This document shows, in pieces, positions 11,529 to 19,277 of a DNA stretch of 64,000 nt. The translations under genes and the position numbers were made by a program. How positions within the stretch are numbered: the first letter of the stretch is position 1; each line of letters begins with the position of its first letter. The DNA lies in assembly GCF_988242995.1 (NCBI RefSeq), contig NZ_OZ547043.1. One strand, written 5' to 3'. Below the pieces are notes generated by a model. It was given only the letters and a program-made list of their open reading frames with translations, was not told the origin of the DNA and made no database searches.

Positions 11529-11963
11529 TTACAGCCTCTGTAACGGATTATCAGCCCTGGCATCTTCCGACGGCACCTCCTGCCGCCCCCACGCCCTGCT
11601 GTATACCCCGGTACCGCAGCGTGGGCAGCACTTTTCCCCCTCATAATCTTCGTCACACATCACACAAAACCACTTTCTCACCTTCACCGTATAATCCGGA
11701 ACCGTCATGCCCTGCAGATGCAAACGACGGGCCTCTTTCTCCGCCGGGTCAAGCCAGGTACATCGCAGCAGGATTTTTTCAGCGACAGTCATCTGGTCAT
11801 GTTCAAACCACGGTGGTTGTCCGTCATTGCCCCGCTGAAGTGTTAACGGGCATCCACAGGACACACAGCACAAAACGTCCTGTCGGTTGTGCTTCGCAGC
11901 TTCTTTCGCCGTAACAAAATGGCCTTTGCTGTCATTCGCCATATAACAGTTCAGAATTCGCAT
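11529..11963 (-). CDS. Cys-rich putative zinc-ribbon protein (paralogue of the upstream gene)
   Basis: Start placed at ATG 11963, preceded by AGGAGG; shares the pattern CxxCG…PWFEH…CxxC…C…CxxCG with the 11951-12358 product. Confidence 0.5.
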   Translation of the reverse strand: MRILNCYMANDSKGHFVTAKEAAKHNRQDVLCCVSCGCPLTLQRGNDGQPPWFEHDQMTVAEKILLRCTWLDPAEKEARRLHLQGMTVPDYTVKVRKWFCVMCDEDYEGEKCCPRCGTGVYSRAWGRQEVPSEDARADNPLQRL

Positions 11964-12358
11964 ATTTCCTCCTGAGTTGTCCGGGGAATACTGAATCCTC
12001 CGGTCTGGCAGTGTGTGCAGTACTGCTCCCCATAATAATCGTGGTGACATTGTCTGCAGTGCCAGCTGGCTTTACGCACCACGGGTAAGGCATCCGGTAC
12101 GAATTGCTGCAGACGTTTAATCAACTGTATTTCTCTGCGCTCCGGCCTGACATAAGGGCACTGTTGACCGTGCTCTGTCAGCCTGTCGTCAGTGTGTTCA
12201 AACCAGGGAAGTTCAGTGTCGTATTGCGGATGGTATCTGAGTGCACTGCCACACAAGTGGCAGGTGTAGTGAGCATAAGGTGCGGCCTGTGCAGTACGGG
12301 CGCCCGTCAGACGTCCGTTGCTATCAAGAGCGATAAAGGATTTTGCGTACATAGTCAT
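11951..12358 (-). CDS. Cys-rich putative zinc-ribbon protein
   Basis: 135-aa ORF with a GAGGA Shine-Dalgarno; motifs CHLCGS…PWFEH…CRQCHHDYYGEQYCTHC; its stop overlaps the start of the downstream paralogue by 13 nt. Confidence 0.5.
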   Translation of the reverse strand: MTMYAKSFIALDSNGRLTGARTAQAAPYAHYTCHLCGSALRYHPQYDTELPWFEHTDDRLTEHGQQCPYVRPERREIQLIKRLQQFVPDALPVVRKASWHCRQCHHDYYGEQYCTHCQTGGFSIPRTTQEEICEF

Positions 12359-12611
12359 ATTCCTCAGCCGCCAGACGACACGCAGGCAACAGCCGTCCCG
12401 GTACGGGCAGCGTGGTCAGGGTGTGAATGGCGGTTCAGTTAAAATCTGGACTGGAGTTTGGGTAAAGCAGGCTGGTTGCTGTTACAGCACTGTGGTTGTC
12501 ACACAATGGAACACTGACGTAAAAAACAGTCAGTGGACGAGTGGATACATCGTTGCCGCCAGACAACAACCCATACTTTTGGTTTGCCGGATATTGGCGC
12601 GCCAGTCGTGC

Positions 12612-13181
12612 TCAACTCCGGCTACAGCCAAAATTGCGCTCACCGGTGCAGTGAGCTTTGGTATGCTCCTTCGCCAGATAGTCAGCACGTTCCAGCACTT
12701 GCTGAAAGCCGGTGTCATCATTACGCGCCAGCCACACCGCCGGCCAGGCCGGAAAATGCACCAGCGTGGCATGGCACCCGACATCCACTCCCAGGGCACT
12801 GCACCACGCCTGTTTAATCATCCCGGCCAGAGACTCCGGAGCGCGGTAATCACCGGCACGACACCAGGTATCCCGGTTGACCAGCAGCATCAGGTGATAG
12901 TGTTTTTTACCTTTGAACTCCCCAAACTCCCGGGCCCAGACGTAATGCAGGGTTGTGGGATGCACGCGTTTACCTTCCCGATGCTTACGTTTCTGGTAAG
13001 CGTCGATTCGGGCTTTCAGGGCATTGATGAAGCGGGATATCACAGCTGCGTCCGTTGCTGCCGGTACATCCGGGAGACGCAGGTCAACCCGCAATGCCGT
13101 CAGGCGGGGATGAACATTCAGTGCGTGCCGCACCGTCTCACGAATACGTTGCTGCCAGAAGGGGTTGTATTTGTAGGTCAT
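12612..13181 (-). CDS. YagK/YfjJ-family (inovirus Gp2-like) protein
   Basis: Start placed at ATG 13181 (MTYKYNPFWQQRIRET…), preceded by GGAG; family assignment from memory of prophage-remnant proteins. Confidence 0.55.
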   Translation of the reverse strand: MTYKYNPFWQQRIRETVRHALNVHPRLTALRVDLRLPDVPAATDAAVISRFINALKARIDAYQKRKHREGKRVHPTTLHYVWAREFGEFKGKKHYHLMLLVNRDTWCRAGDYRAPESLAGMIKQAWCSALGVDVGCHATLVHFPAWPAVWLARNDDTGFQQVLERADYLAKEHTKAHCTGERNFGCSRS

Positions 13182-14927
13182 GGTTAAATCTCCGTATGGT
13201 TCATACGGAATAACCACGTCGTAAAAAATGCGCAGAGTCCCTGAGGTGACCTCCGGCAGGACACTGTCTCAGGCACTCTGTGATAACCCGAACGGTCGTC
13301 TCCGGACTGGCGGTTGAATTTTCAGCGTCGTTTTTTAATGTAAAAAACCGGTTACGGGTAAGGCTGTGAGGAGGGAGTTATGGTGATACGCAAAAAGAAG
13401 TGCAGGGACTGTGGAAACGCGATTACTAATAATACAGAGCCTGTTTAAGATTCTGTGTAAATGCCTTGTCTCAGACGTGACCGTCCAGGCGGTCACCGAA
13501 CTCGATAATAAAGCGGCTCATTGCCATTCGCCAGTCCTTCAACGGCATCGTCCAGTGTGTTGCCCGTATTGTGGTTCTGTCGACCCCTTCGGCTACTACC
13601 GGAATACAGACCGTATCGTTACCATACTGCTGGCGCTGATTATTGTGGTCCTGCTGACTACTGTCAGCGTCAGTGTGTGTATACTGTGTAGCTGGTGAGA
13701 TAACGGTTCATGTATCCCCTGAGCTGACAGTGTACCGTGTATATTAAGCGTAACCGACAGGTTCTCCTTCATACCATATTAAATTTTCCAGGTATTGCCG
13801 CTGCCTTATTTCGTCCCATACAGGAAAACTCATCTGGGTTTCTGACAAATACGCGAAACTCACAGCCCCTCAATATCAACCACACGTTGTAAGCCGGTAA
13901 TACCTGAAAATCAGCCTATTACCGCCCACGCCTCCGGCACCATTCCCTTTTGATTTCGAATTCTTTGTTGTCGCTATACCGCTTAATGTTCCCGGTCCTC
14001 CGGTGCAGATAACACCGGAGTCATCGTAGCGCTGCTTCAATATTAAGGTGACATATTTCCAGACGGAAGCCGGCGCGCGATCGTAAAGTTTGTTCATTGT
14101 CAGTTCTGCCAGCCGGTTGTCAACGGCAGAGTTAAAGGCTTCCAGCTCCGCAAGGGTAAGTTTATAACGCGTGTGGGAATTCACTTTTCCCGCGTCTCCT
14201 GACGTATTACGGGCTGCCACTTACCTGGTGTCCCGCAATACAGCCTTAGTGTTCCGTTATCGGGGATCCGGACGCACCGCAACAACCGGGGAAGTATTTC
14301 TGGTTTAGAGCAGTGTCAAGAGGGATTTCTCAGCCCCTCACTCACCGGCTCAGTCTCAGGGCAGGAGCATTAATACGCTCAGTTCATGTCTTATACAGGA
14401 ATGGGCACAGGGGGAGCTGGCGTGTCACTGCTGATTTTACGCATCAGCGTTCATGTATCTGCACTCTGATACATGAACGATTCACAGCGCTCTGTTACCG
14501 GAGAGATTTACTCTCTTAGCTTACTCTGGCAAATCCTTTACGTTACTCTCTGATGACTTCTTATATTTATAATACCAATCAGACAGCCTTATCCCATCGG
14601 TGATATCAGTCTCCTCCTCGCCAGGAACGGGCTGACTCACTGTAACCACCTCCGAAAACAACTCTGCAATTATCAGAACGCCTGCTTCTCTCCCTGTCCT
14701 CACGAAAACTATCCCCTCTTTATCGCGCGTGCGTGCGGAAGCATCTTTTCGCAACAACCACCCGGTATACCGGTACGGCTCAGCCACCGCAACCTCCCCG
14801 TTTATCTCCTGGCGGTCACATTCCCGATTATTTTTTACGTTTCTCCCCGGTTGTTATGCCGGTGAAGGTGGCGCGCTGTTTTCATGACCACACCGGCTGG
14901 TTTAACAACATCCGGAGGAACATTCTC

Positions 14928-15134
14928 ATGGCTACCCCAGTTTCACTGATGGATGACCAGATGGTCGACATGGCATTTCTCACTCAACTGACCGGCCTGA
15001 CAGATAAGTGGTTTTACAGGCTCATCAGGGATGGGGCCTTTCCGGCTACCATCAAGCTGGGCCGCAGCTCCCGCTGGCTGAAAAGTGAAGTGGAAGCCTG
15101 GCTACAGGCGCGTATTGCACAGCCCCGCCCGTAA
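14928..15134 (+). CDS. alpA: AlpA-family phage/island transcriptional regulator
   Basis: 68-aa product from internal ATG 14928 (MATPVSLMDDQMVDMAFLTQLTGLTDKWFYRLIRDGAFP…EVEAWL) with a helix-turn-helix typical of AlpA. Confidence 0.75.
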   Translation: MATPVSLMDDQMVDMAFLTQLTGLTDKWFYRLIRDGAFPATIKLGRSSRWLKSEVEAWLQARIAQPRP

Positions 15135-15228
15135 TTTCTGACCGTTATCCGTTCACCCGCAGCAGACGTAATCCCCGGCCTGCCGGCGGCATTCTGCTGC
15201 CTGTTATATCCCCGTGAGGAATATGAAA

Positions 15229-15831
15229 ATGAAACAACAGTATCAGACCCGCTACGAATGGCTCCACGAAAGCTACCAGAAATGGCTGACCGGCTTCACC
15301 CGGCACGCCGTATCCTGGGGCGTGTGTCATCCGAATATCTACTACTTCCATAATCTGACGCCCGGTTGGGTGTCATTCAATGGTGAAAAACCGGAGATTG
15401 CCATCGTACCCCAGAGCCTGCACCGGCTGATTTATGGCCCTGACAAACGGGCCACGCCGCCCCTGGATGATGATCTGATTGTGAATTTATGCACCAGTGA
15501 ACATCTGCTGGTTCATCATCCGATGCTGGAAGGCATTCTCCTGTCTGAATGTGAACGTCTGAGGCAGCGTTCTCTGGCAAATAAACTGATCAGCCTCTTC
15601 CGTCAGTTTGGTGGCACGGAGTTGCGCCTCAAACTGGTCTGGCTTTGCTGGCTTGATTTAATGACCGGAAACAGCCTTGAAGACTGGAAAGAGAACCTGA
15701 AACGGAAATCAGAAAAAGAGCTGGAGGAATGGATCATCAACCGTCAGAGGCAGAGCGCAGCACTGACGGATCTGATGGATCAGTACGTGCTCCTGGCATA
15801 CCGCACAACGGTTGACGATAGCCGCAACTGA
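15229..15831 (+). CDS. Hypothetical protein (possible HNH-like motif)
   Basis: ORF just downstream of alpA; start at ATG 15229 with GAGGA upstream; segment CHPNIYYFHNL…FNGEKPEIAIVPQSLHRLIYG loosely resembles an HNH nuclease core. Confidence 0.5.
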   Translation: MKQQYQTRYEWLHESYQKWLTGFTRHAVSWGVCHPNIYYFHNLTPGWVSFNGEKPEIAIVPQSLHRLIYGPDKRATPPLDDDLIVNLCTSEHLLVHHPMLEGILLSECERLRQRSLANKLISLFRQFGGTELRLKLVWLCWLDLMTGNSLEDWKENLKRKSEKELEEWIINRQRQSAALTDLMDQYVLLAYRTTVDDSRN

Positions 15832-17031
15832 TGCCGGTTGCTTCCGGAAGGTGTGACAAAATACGGAAATGATGATGCTCCCGGCCCCGCATGCTCACCT
15901 GCAGAGCGTGTTCGTCGTCATCATACTGAGCCATGACGGGCGTCTTAAGGGCATCCTGTCATTGCTGAGCAGGCAACACCACCAGAGGAGCCACGGACAG
16001 GGATGTTCTTTACAGCCCGATACACGCCAGGTTCTCAGCAGACTGAATGTGCAGGTGCGGTTATTCACCAGAAATGGCATGCTGCGGTACATACCCATCC
16101 TGGTGACAATATGTACGTGGCGACAGCGATCCCGGCACTGTGGAAGAGACTCACTCAGCCTGCAGGATATTCTTTCCGGCATCCGGGAATGTCCGCCTGA
16201 ATGCAAACAGGATGATATTTGAATCCGTAATACTGTTCTTTCATCATAAATAATTTATGCAGATACAGTTAACCGTTACAGTAGCCGGTTTGTTTTACCG
16301 GGAAATAATATCCGTCAGACTGATACCGGAACATATCTGAAACACGTTATGATGTTTTGTTATCAGAAATGTTGTATATTCTTATCCGTGGCGACAGTTT
16401 AATGCCCTCTGGTATCACCTGATAATGTATATCCTGCGATGATTCGTTATATTTACGGGACACGCCTCTTTTCATTGTGCTCCTTTTCAGACTTCATTTT
16501 CCGTAAGTGTTCCCCGGCATAAAGGAGGTACCTTTCTGGCGTTTATAACTCTCTTTATCGGTGACGCCGGTAATACAGGGAATACCACACCGACAAACGA
16601 GGTATTAACAGACGATATTTCAGTGTCCATAATTTTTCTGTCCGGTTAAATAACGTCAGTCTGCTGCCCTCTGACTGTAATCATCAAAGCCGGAATGCAT
16701 ACCGGGTTACAACGTAAAAAAAGTGATGCTGGCCCCCGGTGCAGCTGGCGGGCGAAACATGTTTACCTTTCAATACCCCCTGTCTGCAGTCTCCACTCTT
16801 CCATCCTCTTAAGCTACGTCGGCCACATGAGTGCACTTCCATGATAACAGGTATTCCTGTCAGCATAACGAAGCCGGTTACCTTCCCTTCCTCCTGCATT
16901 TCCTGTCAGAATGACTATACAGCGCGCAGATTGCCTTTTTATTGACCATCTTAATATACCATTATAAACTTCTTTTTATCATATTATTATCACCTTATTA
17001 TGTTTAATTTTTAAGCAGCCGGAGAAAGAGG

Positions 17032-17949
17032 ATGGTTCAGAAAATTTTGTCGGATAAGGTTATGAATGAAAGAACAAATGCGTATTACTCTTATTATCTT
17101 GGAGAGCGTAATATCTCCGTACTGCCCCTTAATGTTTATGATCCCCCGGAACGTTTTATCGCTTACATAAAAAAAAACAGAGAAAATCTGAACATCACAC
17201 TTTCAGATTTTGAACTTGAACAAATCATTTCTGGTATGCGTCTGAAGGCACTGGCCTCCCTGGTGCCCCTGGAAAAAATATCCTGGATCGCGGGCAGTGA
17301 ACGCGCATGCTTATTTTCCTGGTATCTGTTGATGCAGTTTATCCAGAATAACAGGACAAAAATAAGCGCAGACTTGCTTCAAAAGAATAAACTGTATCTT
17401 AAAGAAGAGTATTTAGAAGGGAATGCCTTCCCGTCGGACTCATCGACACAGTTCAGACAAATACTCAGAGTTCTCGATATTCTTTCTGATAAGAATTTGC
17501 GGGATGAGTGGATAATCCAGACCAAAGACAGATGGATACGGGCATTTAAATCAAAGAGTCCTTTCAGTTACCTCCTCCCGGAGAACGAACATGAATGCAT
17601 ATGGACATGGAATTATTTGAAGGGAAAAAATATTGCACTGGAAAAACTGGCCAGTTTTCCTGATTCTGCTGATATTTACCACGCAATTCACCTTTCATTT
17701 GACATATGGGTTACCTGTCCACTCACCTCACCTGACGATATAAAAAATTTCAGAAACAGTTTCAATAAGGCCAAGGCGCAGCGCAAGTACAAAAAAATGC
17801 AGGAAGATAAAGTCAATGTACAGTTTTTTCTTGACGCAGAAACCAGGGCGCAGCTCAAAGAATTATCGAGGGTCAGAAGACTCAGTACCGGCGAAATGCT
17901 GCATGACCTGATTGTTGAAGAGTATAAAAGGTACCGACATTCCAGATAA
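17032..17949 (+). CDS. Hypothetical protein in an AT-rich segment (orphan island cargo)
   Basis: 305-aa ORF with GGAG upstream; visibly AT-rich codon usage unlike its neighbours; C-terminus (TRAQLKELSRVRRLSTGEMLHDLIVEEYKRY) looks like a ribbon-helix-helix DNA-binding element. Confidence 0.55.
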   Translation: MVQKILSDKVMNERTNAYYSYYLGERNISVLPLNVYDPPERFIAYIKKNRENLNITLSDFELEQIISGMRLKALASLVPLEKISWIAGSERACLFSWYLLMQFIQNNRTKISADLLQKNKLYLKEEYLEGNAFPSDSSTQFRQILRVLDILSDKNLRDEWIIQTKDRWIRAFKSKSPFSYLLPENEHECIWTWNYLKGKNIALEKLASFPDSADIYHAIHLSFDIWVTCPLTSPDDIKNFRNSFNKAKAQRKYKKMQEDKVNVQFFLDAETRAQLKELSRVRRLSTGEMLHDLIVEEYKRYRHSR

Positions 17950-18033
17950 TTTCAGACATATATTATCTCCGTGAGTCCCCCGCCACCTTTCCGGTGTGCG
18001 GGGGTTTTGTCTTTTTTCACCGGGAATACATGT

Positions 18034-18906
18034 ATGAATCCGTCTGATGCCATTGAGGCAATTGAAAAACCGCTTTCCGCCCTGCCTTACTCACTTTCCC
18101 GTCACATCCTGGAACATCTGCGCAAACTCACCCGTCACGAACCCGTGATTGGCATTATGGGGAAAAGCGGGGCCGGTAAATCCTCACTCTGTAATGCACT
18201 GTTTCAGGGGGAGGTCACCCCGGTCAGTGATGTTCACGCCGGCACCCGGGAAGTGCGGCGCTTCCGTCTGAGTGGACATGGTCACAGCATGGTTATCACT
18301 GACCTGCCCGGGGTGGGCGAGAGCCGGGACAGGGATGCAGAGTATGAAGCCCTGTACCGTGACATTCTGCCTGAACTTGACCTGGTACTGTGGCTGATTA
18401 AAGCCGATGACCGTGCCCTGTCTGTGGATGAGTATTTCTGGCGACACATCCTGCACCGGGGACATCAGCAGGTGCTGTTTGTGGTGACGCAGGCCGACAA
18501 AACGGAGCCCTGCCATGAATGGGATATGGCCGGCATTCAGCCTTCTCCCGCACAGGCACAGAACATTCGTGAGAAAACAGATGCGGTATTCCGGCTGTTC
18601 CGGCCCGTACATCCGGTTGTGGCCGTATCGGCCTGCACCGGCTGGGAACTGGATACGCTGGTCAGTGCGCTCATGACAGCGCTTCCCGACCATGCCGCCA
18701 GTCCCCTGATGACCCGCCTGCAGGACGAGCTGCGCACGGAATCTGTCCGGTCTCAGGCCCGTGAACAGTTTACCGGTGCGGTGGACCGGATATTTGACAC
18801 GGCGGAGAGCGTCTGCATTGCCTCTGTTGCCCGTACGGTTCTGCGCGCCGTCCGTGACACGGTGGTCTCTGTTGCCCGCGCTGTATGGAACTGGATTTTC
18901 TTCTGA
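18034..18906 (+). CDS. YeeP/YfjP/YkfA-family GTPase
   Basis: P-loop GIMGKSGAGKSSLCNALF; start placed at ATG 18034 (MNPSDAIEAIEK…); resembles the GTPases of E. coli cryptic prophages CP4-44, CP4-57 and CP4-6. Confidence 0.8.
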   Translation: MNPSDAIEAIEKPLSALPYSLSRHILEHLRKLTRHEPVIGIMGKSGAGKSSLCNALFQGEVTPVSDVHAGTREVRRFRLSGHGHSMVITDLPGVGESRDRDAEYEALYRDILPELDLVLWLIKADDRALSVDEYFWRHILHRGHQQVLFVVTQADKTEPCHEWDMAGIQPSPAQAQNIREKTDAVFRLFRPVHPVVAVSACTGWELDTLVSALMTALPDHAASPLMTRLQDELRTESVRSQAREQFTGAVDRIFDTAESVCIASVARTVLRAVRDTVVSVARAVWNWIFF

Positions 18907-19024
18907 ACAGTCTGCCAGGGAAATGCCTGATAACATTACGTTAACCAACTGAAAACATGACACAAACACCTCATGCTCCTCCTGTTTCTCTTGCGTGACC
19001 GCCTTGCAATCAATAGAATAAAAC

Positions 19025-19060
19025 GATCGATAAAACAGGTATCGATCGTTACTATCGATC
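19025..19060. promoter_or_regulatory. Antigen 43 phase-variation switch: three clustered GATC (Dam) sites in the flu regulatory region
   Basis: GATC at 19025-19028, 19044-19047 and 19057-19060, each within a cGATCg context, about 220-250 bp upstream of the flu start; matches the known OxyR/Dam switch architecture. Confidence 0.7.
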
Positions 19061-19218
19061 GTTTATAGTGGTTAATGGTCTGCGAAAAGGCAGCTGAATC
19101 TCTTCATCATGCAGAACGGAATTGCACACAACGGACTGATACTTCTCTGGCGGATGAGAGAGGGGAAGCATTTATGCCCGGGAAAAACCACTTTATCTGA
19201 CCATGCTGTTTTGTACCT

Positions 19219-19252
19219 GCCGGTATCCACATTTGTGGGTACCGGCTTTTTT
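19219..19252 (+). promoter_or_regulatory. Stem-loop plus T-run in the flu 5' leader (possible attenuator)
   Basis: gccggtatccac-attt-gtgggtaccggc followed by TTTTTT, 25 nt upstream of the flu ATG. Confidence 0.4.
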
Positions 19253-19277
19253 ATTCACCCTCTGTAAGGAAAAGCTG

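Noticed and set aside
13411-14787. Short ORFs 13411-13698 (+), 13876-14220 (-), 14313-14519 (+) and 14521-14787 (-).
   Set aside because: No convincing translation signals or domain signatures; left unannotated as possible remnants.
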